From: an uncultured Aquiflexum sp.
GTDB lineage: Bacteria > Bacteroidota > Bacteroidia > Cytophagales > Cyclobacteriaceae
DNA length: 51,258 nucleotides
NCBI GenBank assembly: GCA_964559905.1
Contig: CAZLJT010000001.1
Location: forward strand, 1-51,258
Direction: 5' to 3'
Shown here: piece by piece, positions 40,129 to 49,321 of the stretch
Layout of the letters: every line of letters starts with the position of its first letter
Numbering within the stretch: position 1 is the first letter of the stretch
Made by a program: the position numbers and the translations under genes
Notes under the pieces: generated by a model
Database searches by the model: none
What the model was told of the DNA's origin: nothing
The model's input: the letters and a program-made list of their open reading frames with translations, nothing else

Positions 40129-41157
40129 ATGAGTCCGGAAGAGATATTTATGCTAAGGGCACTGGAATTGGCCGAATTAGGAAAAGGTAGGGTAAGCCCC
40201 AATCCAATGGTTGGATGTGTCATTGTCCATGATGGACAAATCATCGGAGAAGGCTACCACGAAGTCTATGGGGGACCACATGCAGAACCAAATGCCATAA
40301 ACTCGGTTAAGAATCCCTCTTTGATTCTTGAATCAACGGTTTATGTCACTTTAGAGCCCTGTGCCCATTGGGGAAAAACACCACCCTGCGCCAATCTATT
40401 AGTAGAAAAGAAAGTAAAAAAAGTAGTTATAGGTACTTTGGATAGCAATCCCTTGGTAAGAGGTAAAGGTGCACAGATATTGAAAGAGGCCGGAATTGAA
40501 GTGACTGCAGGGGTATTGGATAGAAAAGTCAGGGAACAGAATAAAAGGTTTTTAACCTTCATGGAAAGGAAGCGACCTTATGTAATTTTGAAATGGGCAC
40601 AGACAAAAGATGGTTTTATTGCCAGAGAAAATTATGATTCCAAATGGATAAGCAATCCCTACAGTCGCCAATTGGTACACCGCTGGAGATCGGAAGAAGA
40701 CGCTATCATGGTGGGCACTTTGACTGCCAAATTTGACAACCCCCAATTGAATGTCCGGGATTGGAAAGGTAAAAATCCTGTCCGAATAGTAGTTGACAGA
40801 AACCTGACCCTGGACCGCGCTCTGCATATCTTTGATCAAAGTCAATCGACGTTATGTTATAATCAGGTCAAAAAAGAAAAAACAGAAAATCTGGAACATG
40901 TCAAACTCCCTTCAGGATTTGATATCGGCGAAATTCTGGAAGATCTTTACCAGCGGAAAATCCAAAGTCTTATTGTTGAAGGCGGAGCCCAATTACTGAA
41001 TAAATTCATCCAGGAGAACCTTTGGGATGAAGCAAGAGTTTTTACTGGACAGGTTCAATTTGGGAAAGGCATTCCGGCGCCTAAAATCCAAGGAAGTATT
41101 ATTGATGAAATGGAAATTATGGGAGACTTATTAACCATAACAAGACCGATCTCCTAA
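40129..41157 (+). CDS. ribD: Bifunctional riboflavin biosynthesis deaminase/reductase
   Basis: PNPMVGCVIV, HAE, VTLEPCAH..TPPC, KWAQTKDG, VEGGA. Confidence 0.98.
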   Translation: MSPEEIFMLRALELAELGKGRVSPNPMVGCVIVHDGQIIGEGYHEVYGGPHAEPNAINSVKNPSLILESTVYVTLEPCAHWGKTPPCANLLVEKKVKKVVIGTLDSNPLVRGKGAQILKEAGIEVTAGVLDRKVREQNKRFLTFMERKRPYVILKWAQTKDGFIARENYDSKWISNPYSRQLVHRWRSEEDAIMVGTLTAKFDNPQLNVRDWKGKNPVRIVVDRNLTLDRALHIFDQSQSTLCYNQVKKEKTENLEHVKLPSGFDIGEILEDLYQRKIQSLIVEGGAQLLNKFIQENLWDEARVFTGQVQFGKGIPAPKIQGSIIDEMEIMGDLLTITRPIS

Positions 41158-41215
41158 AACTTCAAACCTGCTAAGTTATTGCCTATCAAACTGCTCCATC
41201 CTTCATAGCAAGTCA

Positions 41216-41250
41216 TCTCACGTCTCAAATCTCACATCTCATATCTATTA
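41216..41250. repeat. 7-nt-period TCTNNNN tract directly 5' of the msrC start
   Basis: TCTCACG TCTCAAA TCTCACA TCTCATA TCTATTA then AAAAATG. Confidence 0.8.
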
Positions 41251-41254
41251 AAAA

Positions 41255-41737
41255 ATGGCCGAATCAATTTATTTACCAGAATCAGCTACCAAAGCTGAAA
41301 AATATCAGGCAATCCTTCCCCAGATAGAAGCCTTGATTTCTTCTGAGACTGATTTATATGCCAACTTAGCCAATGTTACTGCAGTGCTGAAAGAAGCTTT
41401 TGGTTTTTTTTGGGTTGGTTTTTACCTGGTCAAGGGCGAACAATTGGTTCTTGGTCCATTTCAGGGTCCTTTGGCCTGTACCCGTATTGCTTTGGGAAAA
41501 GGGGTATGTGGGACAGCGTGGAAGGAAGCCAAAACCCAATTGGTTCCAGATGTGGAGGCTTTCCCCGGCCATATAGCCTGTAGTTCTGCCTCCAAATCAG
41601 AAATCGTAGTCCCTGGGTTCAAAGAAGACAAGGTTTGGATAGTCCTTGATGTGGACAGTGACCTTTTGGATGACTTCGATCAGGACGATGTCACCTATTT
41701 GGAAAAATTGATGAAACTTTTAGACAACAATCTCTAA
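41255..41737 (+). CDS. msrC: GAF-domain free methionine-(R)-sulfoxide reductase
   Basis: ANLAN, WVGFY, LGPFQGPLACTRI, GVCG, HIACSSASKSEIVVP, LDVDS. Confidence 0.88.
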   Translation: MAESIYLPESATKAEKYQAILPQIEALISSETDLYANLANVTAVLKEAFGFFWVGFYLVKGEQLVLGPFQGPLACTRIALGKGVCGTAWKEAKTQLVPDVEAFPGHIACSSASKSEIVVPGFKEDKVWIVLDVDSDLLDDFDQDDVTYLEKLMKLLDNNL

Positions 41738-41797
41738 TCAAAAAGAAACTCATAGTGTCTCCTTTGTAGGCAACTTTGATGTAGGTTTCGGTCTTGG

Positions 41798-41832
41798 TAC
41801 TTTGTATAGAGTACTTCGTACTTCCTACTTCA
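41798..41832. repeat. 7-nt-period TACTTNN tract at the 3' end of the LOG gene
   Basis: TACTTTG TATAGAG TACTTCG TACTTCC TACTTCA. Confidence 0.55.
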
Positions 41833-42397
41833 CCTCCCACTTCTCTATATATTTCGGTTCAAAACCGGCCATTTTATCCAATATCTCAACAGGATCACTA
41901 CTTACGATCAATAAATCCAATTGCGCCTTATGCAGAAAACCTTCTTGGCTTGCATGGCTTAAAAATGCAATCAAGCCATCATAATAGCCATTGACATTGT
42001 ACAGTGCAAGAGGTTTTTGGATATAGGCCAATTGGTTGAGTGTCATGATTTCAAAAAGCTCCTCAAAGGTGCCGATCCCTCCCGGCATAGCAATAAACCC
42101 ATCCCCTCGCTCGGCCATCAGCCATTTTCTATCCCGCATGGTTTCGACCACGGTAAGTTCTGTGCAGCCTATATGCGCTACTTCGATATCTACCAATTTT
42201 TGGGGAATAATTCCATAGACAGCTTTTCCGGCAGCTAGCATGGCATCTGCAATTACTCCCATCAGACCGACATTTCCGGCACCATACACCAAAGCCATAT
42301 CTCTTTTGATCATTTCTTCAGCCAAGGCCAACACGCCTTGTTCATAAGCAGAATTTTTGCCTTTGTTGGATCCACAGTAAATAGTGATTTTTTTCAT
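41825..42397 (-). CDS. LOG-family nucleotide monophosphate phosphoribohydrolase (TIGR00730 type)
   Basis: IYCGS, LVYGAGNVGLMG, MRDRK, PGGIGTFEE signature. Confidence 0.95.
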   Translation of the reverse strand: MKKITIYCGSNKGKNSAYEQGVLALAEEMIKRDMALVYGAGNVGLMGVIADAMLAAGKAVYGIIPQKLVDIEVAHIGCTELTVVETMRDRKWLMAERGDGFIAMPGGIGTFEELFEIMTLNQLAYIQKPLALYNVNGYYDGLIAFLSHASQEGFLHKAQLDLLIVSSDPVEILDKMAGFEPKYIEKWEVK

Positions 42398-42556
42398 CTT
42401 TTCAATTTATTCCTTAATTTTTAGACTTTGATCCCAAGAGAAAATTAAAATAGATTTATTTTGTTATTTAACCTCTATAGGCTCATTATTATTAGAGATT
42501 TACATGCATGAAAGTCTCAATTACCACAGAATATTAGATTTACCAAAAATAATCAA

Positions 42557-43126
42557 ATGAAAATCTGCTTTGCTACAAACAATAAAAAGAAAATAGAAGA
42601 GGTAAAATCTGCTCTTGGGTCTGACTTTACTATTGTTTCCCTGGAGGAAATTGGTTGTAATGAGGAGTTGCCCGAAACCGGGGATACTTTGGAACATAAT
42701 GCCTTTCAAAAAGCCCGCTATGTGCACCAACATTATGGAGTGGACTGCTTTGCGGATGATACCGGGTTGGAAGTAGAGGCATTGAACGGTGAACCGGGGG
42801 TTTATTCAGGCAGGTATGCAGGTGAACCTAGGAGCGATTCCAGGAACATTGATTTGTTGTTGAAAAATATGAAGCAGCAATCCAATCGAAAAGCGAGGTT
42901 TAAAACTGTCATCGCATTGATATTGGAGGGAAAAGAATATGCATTTGAAGGGATTGCCGAAGGTGAAATCATACATGAGTTAGTTGGAGAAGGAGGATTT
43001 GGATATGATCCTGTTTTTCAGCCAAATGGTTTTGACCGAACTTTTGCGCAATTGAGCATGGAAGAAAAAAATGCCATCAGCCATCGTGGAAAGGCCGTGA
43101 AAGCGCTCTCAGAATTTCTCAAATAA
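42557..43126 (+). CDS. rdgB: Non-canonical purine NTP pyrophosphatase (RdgB/HAM1)
   Basis: FATNNKKK, ADDTGL, PGVYSGRY, GFGYDPVF, KNAISHR. Confidence 0.97.
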   Translation: MKICFATNNKKKIEEVKSALGSDFTIVSLEEIGCNEELPETGDTLEHNAFQKARYVHQHYGVDCFADDTGLEVEALNGEPGVYSGRYAGEPRSDSRNIDLLLKNMKQQSNRKARFKTVIALILEGKEYAFEGIAEGEIIHELVGEGGFGYDPVFQPNGFDRTFAQLSMEEKNAISHRGKAVKALSEFLK

Positions 43127-43145
43127 TTTGTTAATTTTGACTTCC

Positions 43146-43763
43146 ATGAACAAACCGTTTATAGTAGGCATTACAGGAGGAAGCGCTTCTGGCAAGACAC
43201 TTTTTTTGGACAAGCTATTACATGCCTTTGAACCTGGACAAGTTTGCTTGATTTCCCAGGACAATTATTACAGGCCAAGACATCTTCAACCCATGGATGA
43301 CAAGGGTGTTCATAATTTTGATACTCCCAATTCCATAGACTTTGCCCAATATGCTGAAGACATTAAAAAAATCCAGCAAGGTGAAGTCGTATACAGACAG
43401 GAATACACTTTTAACAATCCCAACAAGAAGCCTAAAATATTGGAATTTGTCCCTGCGCCTGTAGTGGTAGTAGAGGGCATTTTTGTGCTCTATTATCCGG
43501 AATTGGCTGATTTGCTGGATTTGAAGGTTTTTATTGATGCCAAGGAATATATTAAATTAAAGCGGAGAATTGTCAGGGATAAAGTGGAAAGAGGCTATGA
43601 TTTGGATGATGTACTTTACAGGTATGAAATGCATGTGATGCCTACCTATGAAAAATACATTGAGCCTTTCAAACATGACGCAGACATCATAGTGCCTAAT
43701 AACCATAATTTTGATAGGGCTTTGGATTTGATTAGAAATTTTCTAAAGTCAAAAATTAAGTAG
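43146..43763 (+). CDS. udk: Uridine kinase
   Basis: GITGGSASGKT P-loop, SQDNYY, NFDTP, VEGI, RDKVERG, ADIIVP. Confidence 0.93.
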   Translation: MNKPFIVGITGGSASGKTLFLDKLLHAFEPGQVCLISQDNYYRPRHLQPMDDKGVHNFDTPNSIDFAQYAEDIKKIQQGEVVYRQEYTFNNPNKKPKILEFVPAPVVVVEGIFVLYYPELADLLDLKVFIDAKEYIKLKRRIVRDKVERGYDLDDVLYRYEMHVMPTYEKYIEPFKHDADIIVPNNHNFDRALDLIRNFLKSKIK

Positions 43764-43856
43764 ACTTAAAAAACAAAAGAGGTCTTTTTTCAAAGTCTTT
43801 AAAAATCTGAACAGGAGTTTTTTTTAACTTAAGTCGTTTGTCTTTCCAAATATTTC

Positions 43857-43864
43857 TATATTTG
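43857..43864 (+). promoter_or_regulatory. Bacteroidota -7 promoter element for the uORF-secDF transcript
   Basis: TATATTTG(C) matches TAnnTTTG, 27 nt upstream of the ATG at 43892. Confidence 0.6.
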
Positions 43865-43891
43865 CTGCCCGTGAGAAAAAAGGCAAAAGAT

Positions 43892-44236
43892 ATGAACCTC
43901 TGGAAACAACGCGTCACCTTGATGTTGACGCTGATGTTTTGTATGCTTGTAGCCGGAACTGAATATCTACCGCAGCACTTACAGGAAGATTCAAGTGTTA
44001 AGAAGGAACAATCCAATAAAACTGATCCATCCTCTGACAATCAGACTTTTCTGAATATTGCCATTGATGCAGTAGTACCTTTTGTAACGGTACTTTCACA
44101 ACAGGTTTTTTACCTGATTTATGAAAATCTTATTTTTGAAAGACCAACGGTATCGGATCTTGGAGTATCCTATACGGTCAATCTCCCCTATTGGGAAATT
44201 TTATTGGAGAGAATCATATCTCCCAATGCGCCCTGA
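43892..44236 (+). CDS. Exported leader protein upstream of secDF; candidate translation-arrest (secretion monitor) peptide
   Basis: N-terminal signal/TM segment, polar linker, C-terminus WEILLERIISPNAP-stop; 76 nt before secDF. Confidence 0.7.
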   Translation: MNLWKQRVTLMLTLMFCMLVAGTEYLPQHLQEDSSVKKEQSNKTDPSSDNQTFLNIAIDAVVPFVTVLSQQVFYLIYENLIFERPTVSDLGVSYTVNLPYWEILLERIISPNAP

Positions 44237-44312
44237 TTTTTTTAATATGCTTTCCCTAAAGCTCATTCGAGCTTACAATAATCAATCGTAATCAAACAAA
44301 ACAATTAATCAT

Positions 44313-47273
44313 ATGCGTAACCAAGGTGTTATCGTGTTTTTGACAGTAGTGGTCACAGCATTGTGTCTGTATTACCTGTCATTCACATTTGTATCAAATA
44401 ATATTCAGCAAAAAGCTGTGGAATATGCCACAGATGAGTCAGGCAACGTTGAGTTTGCCAAAAAACAAGCTTACCTGGATTCCATATACAGGGAGCCTGT
44501 TTATAATTTCCTAGGTGCCAAATTCACCTATAAGGAAATCAAAGAAACAGAATTGGGACTTGGTCTTGATTTGCAAGGTGGTATGCATGTTACCTTGGAG
44601 GTTTCTCCTGTGGAAATTGTCAAAGGACTTTCCGGTAACAGTAAAGATGCGGCCTTCAATGCGGCCTTGGAAGATGCGGCGGAGGCTTCCAAAACCAGTA
44701 ATGAAAAATATGTGGACCTTTTCTACATAGCATGGCAGAACACTGCCCCGAATCAGAAACTGAGCAGTATTTTTGCAACTGCGGCCAACCGTGGGAGAAT
44801 TTCCTTGGAAACTTCGGATACCGATATCCTGAAAATCATTGATTCTGAAGTTGAAAATGCCATAGAGCGCTCCTTTAATATTCTAAGAACAAGGGTCGAT
44901 AGATTCGGAACCTCTCAGCCAAATATTCAAAGAATTCAGGGTTCAGGTAGGATTCAGATTGAATTACCGGGAGTAGACAATCCGGAAAGGGTTAGAAATC
45001 TATTACAGGGTGTAGCAAAATTGCAGTTTTGGGAAGTGGCGGAAGTAAATGAATACCTCGCGGAACTGGAATTGGTCAATAGTCTTCTGGTAGCTGAGGC
45101 CAACGCAAATAAAACCGAAACTGCACCTGCTGATACCACTTCCACAGAGGATGGTGATCTTGCGACTCAGCTAGAAAAACAATTGGCGGAGACAACAGAA
45201 CCTGATGATTTTTCTTCTCAGGTTTCTCCGATTTTTTCTTTGGCCAAATCCAATGCCGGATTGATATATGAAATCAGGGATACTGTTGCCATCAACAGAA
45301 TTTTTGCACGAGAAGATGTCAAATCTTTGCTACCCAGAAATATTAAGTTTCTTTGGTCAGTGAAGCCCCAAACGTCAGATAACCTAGAATTATTGGAACT
45401 TCATGCCATCAAGGTAAGCAGGTCAAGCGACCAAGCGCCATTGGAAGGTGATGTGGTCACAGACGCCCGTCAGACTTTGGATCAGACTTCCCGCCCGGCA
45501 GTCAGTATGCAGATGAATGCCGAAGGAGCAAGAAAATGGAGGAAGCTGACTTCTGAAAATATAGGAAGAAGAATTGCAGTTGTCCTGGATGATTTTGTCT
45601 ATACTGCTCCGATGGTACAGGGAGAGATTCCATCAGGTCAATCAGAAATCACAGGTAACTTTAGCATGGAGGAAGCCAAGGATTTGGCCAATATTCTAAA
45701 GTCCGGTTCATTACCAGCCCCGACCAAAATCGTAGAAGAGGCCATTATCGGTCCAACATTAGGTAAGGATGCTCAAAGTCAGGGTATCATTTCAATGGTA
45801 GCTGGATTGGTTTTGGTGGTCTTGTTTATGGTCGCCTATTATTCCAAAGGTGGATTAGTTGCCATTGCTGCTTTGGTCTTCAATATCTTCTTTATCCTGG
45901 GTATCTTGGCACAATTGGGTGCTGCCCTGACCTTGCCTGGTATTGCTGGTATCGTATTGACGATCGGTATGTCAATAGATGCCAACGTATTGATTTTTGA
46001 AAGGATCAAGGAAGAAATCCGAAATGGTGCCGGATTAATAGCCGCAATCAACGAAGGATACAAGAAAGCATTCTCTGCTATCCTTGACTCCAATGTCACG
46101 ACCTTCCTTACAGGTGCTATATTATATGCCCTAGGTCAAGGCCCTGTCAAAGGATTTGCAATTGTATTGATGATCGGTATTGCCTCATCCTTCTTCTCAG
46201 CTGTATTTATTACCAGGCTTATTGTGCATTGGTCAACCAAGAAGGGTGATAAAAGTAATATTTCATTCTCTACACCATGGGCCGGTAATTTATTGGGCAA
46301 CTTGAATATAGATTTCCTGAGCAAAAGAAAAATCGCCTATATCATTTCATCCTCTATAATTGTGATAGGCTTGGCTATTGCCGCCATCAATGGGTTGAAA
46401 TTTGGTGTGGATTTTACCGGTGGCCGTTCCTATATCGTTGAATTTTCCCAACCGGTAGTGGAATCTGACCTAAAAGTTGGTCTTGATGGAGAATTTGACG
46501 GTTCGGTAGAGGTGAAGACTTTTGGTGGAAATAATATCGTCAAAGTAACAACTTCTTATCTGATCAATGAAGATGATGATGCCTCCAACGCTGAAGTTGA
46601 AAACAAAGTAAAAGAAGGTATAGCCAAGATTACAGGATTAGCTCTAACCACAGGATCTGAAATTGGGGATGGGGAATTTGCTATAAGAGGGTCGTCAAAA
46701 GTAGGCGCTACAGTAGCAGATGATATCAAGAAGTCTTCTGCAGAGGCTATGTTCTTCGCCTTGGTTGCCATATTCTTATATATCCTTTTGAGGTTCCGAA
46801 AGTGGCAGTTCTCGCTAGGTTCAATTATTGCCCTTGTACATGATGTGTTCTTTGTTATTGCTGCATTTGCTATAGCAAGTGCATTGGGTGCTACATTTGA
46901 GATAGATCAGGTATTCATTGCCGCTATTCTGACCGTTGTAGGTTACTCTATCAATGATACCGTGATTGTATTTGATAGAATCAGGGAAAATATAGAGTTT
47001 CGAGGTACTTCCAAATTGGTGACTATGTTTAATGATGCTATCAATCAGACTATGGCCAGAACTTTAATAACCTCAGCTACCACTCTGATTGTGGTCTTGG
47101 TGTTGTTGATATTCGGCGGTGAAGTTTTAAGAGGATTTTCCTTCGCCCTATTCATCGGCGTTGTCGTAGGTACCTATTCATCTATCTACATTGCTTCGCC
47201 CATTGTGGTGGATTTAATGAAGAAAGAATTGGAAGCCGAAAACCAACAAGATCCGGCAAAAAAGTCAGCATAA
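44313..47273 (+). CDS. secDF: Protein translocase subunit SecDF (fused)
   Basis: LGLDLQGG, RIQIELPG, IGPTLG, LTLPGIAG..DANVLIFERI, GVDFTGG, GYSINDTVIVFDRIRE. Confidence 0.99.
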   Translation: MRNQGVIVFLTVVVTALCLYYLSFTFVSNNIQQKAVEYATDESGNVEFAKKQAYLDSIYREPVYNFLGAKFTYKEIKETELGLGLDLQGGMHVTLEVSPVEIVKGLSGNSKDAAFNAALEDAAEASKTSNEKYVDLFYIAWQNTAPNQKLSSIFATAANRGRISLETSDTDILKIIDSEVENAIERSFNILRTRVDRFGTSQPNIQRIQGSGRIQIELPGVDNPERVRNLLQGVAKLQFWEVAEVNEYLAELELVNSLLVAEANANKTETAPADTTSTEDGDLATQLEKQLAETTEPDDFSSQVSPIFSLAKSNAGLIYEIRDTVAINRIFAREDVKSLLPRNIKFLWSVKPQTSDNLELLELHAIKVSRSSDQAPLEGDVVTDARQTLDQTSRPAVSMQMNAEGARKWRKLTSENIGRRIAVVLDDFVYTAPMVQGEIPSGQSEITGNFSMEEAKDLANILKSGSLPAPTKIVEEAIIGPTLGKDAQSQGIISMVAGLVLVVLFMVAYYSKGGLVAIAALVFNIFFILGILAQLGAALTLPGIAGIVLTIGMSIDANVLIFERIKEEIRNGAGLIAAINEGYKKAFSAILDSNVTTFLTGAILYALGQGPVKGFAIVLMIGIASSFFSAVFITRLIVHWSTKKGDKSNISFSTPWAGNLLGNLNIDFLSKRKIAYIISSSIIVIGLAIAAINGLKFGVDFTGGRSYIVEFSQPVVESDLKVGLDGEFDGSVEVKTFGGNNIVKVTTSYLINEDDDASNAEVENKVKEGIAKITGLALTTGSEIGDGEFAIRGSSKVGATVADDIKKSSAEAMFFALVAIFLYILLRFRKWQFSLGSIIALVHDVFFVIAAFAIASALGATFEIDQVFIAAILTVVGYSINDTVIVFDRIRENIEFRGTSKLVTMFNDAINQTMARTLITSATTLIVVLVLLIFGGEVLRGFSFALFIGVVVGTYSSIYIASPIVVDLMKKELEAENQQDPAKKSA

Positions 47274-47295
47274 TTCAATTATTTTCAAAAATATC

Positions 47296-47327
47296 AAGGG
47301 TGATGTGCCAAACATCACCCTTTTTTT
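47296..47327 (+). terminator. Intrinsic terminator after secDF
   Basis: AAGGGTGATGT-gccaa-ACATCACCCTT followed by a T run. Confidence 0.92.
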
Positions 47328-47412
47328 GTGTTTTTTCTGAAAAAATACCCTGAACACGGGATTTTTTAGGTTTTTAATTAAGCATAACTTGCAATTTCAA
47401 AAAGAACAATCA

Positions 47413-48141
47413 ATGTTGGAAAGTATTTATCACATGGTGATAGCATTGAGTTTATTGGTCTCCTTTTTAAGTCTGTTTCGTACTAATAAGGAAAACCTTT
47501 CGAGTCACCGTTTAATTTTTGTTACCCTTGGTTGGGTTTTGGTTTTTGAGTATTTCGGTTTGATCACTGCCAGACTGGGAATCAACAACTCTCTTTTATA
47601 TAATATATCCTGGATATATATAGAATCTTTTCTCCTGATCGGCTATTTCTATCTTCTTGAAAAAAGTACCAAATTCAGGAAAAGAATCATTCAGATCAGC
47701 GTAATTATCTTTGTATGGAGCCTTTTCAACAGTTTTTTCTTCCAACCATTTGCGCTTTCCATACAATATTTTTCATTGTTGCCATTTGGGGTATTCATAA
47801 TTATTTTGTCTACACGATTGTTAAAAAACATTTTGAACCTAAAGCTATATCCGGAACATAATCTTTTGGCTATACCCCATTTTTGGGTAAGTAGTACTGT
47901 TTTGTTTTTCTACATTGAGACTTTGGTATTGTTTGGGACTTATCAGTTAAATCCCGGATTCGTGGTAGAAAATGTTACCGTTCTGTTTAGTTTCAATAGA
48001 TTTATGGCTGGATTGATGTACCTATTCTTTGGGATTGCTTTTATTTTCCCCCATTTATCAAAAAAACCAGCTATTCTGAAATCAGGCTTGGTTTTCCTAT
48101 TATTAATTTCAAATATTTCTTTTATCTTTTTGATCCCATAA
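47413..48141 (+). CDS. Multi-pass (~7 TM) membrane protein, paralog 1 of 3 (ORF extends to TTG at 47389)
   Basis: Shares H..IF, intramembrane E, INN....N, N....Q, NL...P.FW, FFY and MY...G.AF..P motifs with 48591 and 49758. Confidence 0.85.
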   Translation: MLESIYHMVIALSLLVSFLSLFRTNKENLSSHRLIFVTLGWVLVFEYFGLITARLGINNSLLYNISWIYIESFLLIGYFYLLEKSTKFRKRIIQISVIIFVWSLFNSFFFQPFALSIQYFSLLPFGVFIIILSTRLLKNILNLKLYPEHNLLAIPHFWVSSTVLFFYIETLVLFGTYQLNPGFVVENVTVLFSFNRFMAGLMYLFFGIAFIFPHLSKKPAILKSGLVFLLLISNISFIFLIP

Positions 48142-48152
48142 AAGCTAAAAAA

Positions 48153-48581
48153 ATGACTAGAGAAGAATTAGAGGAATTCAAGATCGCTTACAGAAAAGCA
48201 GCAAAAAAAAGTATCAAGGCCAAAAACAAAAAAGGAGAACTTATAAACGAACAGTCTGACTGGGTTTGGTTTGACCGGGATACCATCCAAAAACTATTGG
48301 ATTTGACTGACCCTGTAAAGGGAGGAATCAAAATATATTTCGGTCAGTATGATAAGAAAAATGTGGAGATACTCCCCAAGGAAAGAAGGGAAAAGTATGA
48401 TTATGTGGGCAGGGTATCCCTTGCCTTAATGGCATCCAACAAATCGGAGACTGAATTTGAAGATATTTATTCAAATTCAAATCAAATTCAGGATGCTTCC
48501 AAAATGATGTTGATGAGTGGTAGGGGTGGGGATAGTCCTGTAAATGCAGGGACTGTTTGTCCGCCAGACTGTACTCCATAA
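48153..48581 (+). CDS. Soluble 142-aa protein with C-terminal NAGTVCPPDC motif, paralog 1 of 2
   Basis: A-rich leader; aligns end to end with 49322-49753 (W.WFDR.T, GGIK.Y.GQYDK, GR.SLAL, NKSE, N.GT.CPP.C.P). Confidence 0.88.
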   Translation: MTREELEEFKIAYRKAAKKSIKAKNKKGELINEQSDWVWFDRDTIQKLLDLTDPVKGGIKIYFGQYDKKNVEILPKERREKYDYVGRVSLALMASNKSETEFEDIYSNSNQIQDASKMMLMSGRGGDSPVNAGTVCPPDCTP

Positions 48582-48590
48582 CCTGTAGAA

Positions 48591-49271
48591 ATGGATGCAC
48601 TTACTTGGTATCAATTTTTAATCATTAGTGGAATGCTGGCTAGCATCCCTTATTTCTATTTAGCTAAAGGAGAAAATAAAAGAAAACACCTCGTCATCTT
48701 TTTGATCCTGTTATCCACAAGCATTACAGAGGTTAGGGCCAAACAACTTCAACTTTTGAAAATCAACAACACTTTGGTTGTCAACACAGGTTATATTATC
48801 TTAGGGATATCACTTTTATTCCTTTTTTTTTATTTGATCCTGAACAAAAGTAAAAAGCCGCTTTACTTATGGGTTATCTATATAGGATGGATCATTATTA
48901 ATTCGATTTATTTACAGCCCATAACGACTACTTTCCAAAATTATTCATGGGCATTAGGCAGTTTGTTGATTATCGGGATGTGCTTATATTTCTTTTACAG
49001 CATTTTTTCAAAAAATAAGTTTGAAAATATTAACCTGATTGCTGTCCCTGAGTTTTGGATCGTTTCATTTTTGATGTTTTTTTATGCTAGCTCATTTCTA
49101 TACTTTATATCTTTCACGTTTTATTATGACAAAATGGACATCGAATTATACATACAATTGAATTTTCTGATCAAGATTATGGGATGTATCATGTACATGG
49201 TCATGGGTTTGGCTTTTTATGCGCCATATCTGATCAATAAGTTTGATAGAAACAGGGTGGTTAGGTTTTGA
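48591..49271 (+). CDS. Multi-pass (~7 TM) membrane protein, paralog 2 of 3
   Basis: KHLVIF..ITE..INNTLVVN..INSIYLQ..QNYS..NLIAVPEFW..FFYASSF..MYMVMGLAFYAP. Confidence 0.88.
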   Translation: MDALTWYQFLIISGMLASIPYFYLAKGENKRKHLVIFLILLSTSITEVRAKQLQLLKINNTLVVNTGYIILGISLLFLFFYLILNKSKKPLYLWVIYIGWIIINSIYLQPITTTFQNYSWALGSLLIIGMCLYFFYSIFSKNKFENINLIAVPEFWIVSFLMFFYASSFLYFISFTFYYDKMDIELYIQLNFLIKIMGCIMYMVMGLAFYAPYLINKFDRNRVVRF

Positions 49272-49321
49272 TTTGTTTGGTTTTTATCTTTCAAAAACAA
49301 TGATCACTGAATAAAAAAATT

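Noticed and set aside
40129..43763. ribD-msrC-LOG-rdgB-udk as a dedicated nucleotide-sanitation island
   Set aside because: Mixed orientations and ordinary housekeeping genes; no shared regulatory motif or FMN riboswitch was recognised.
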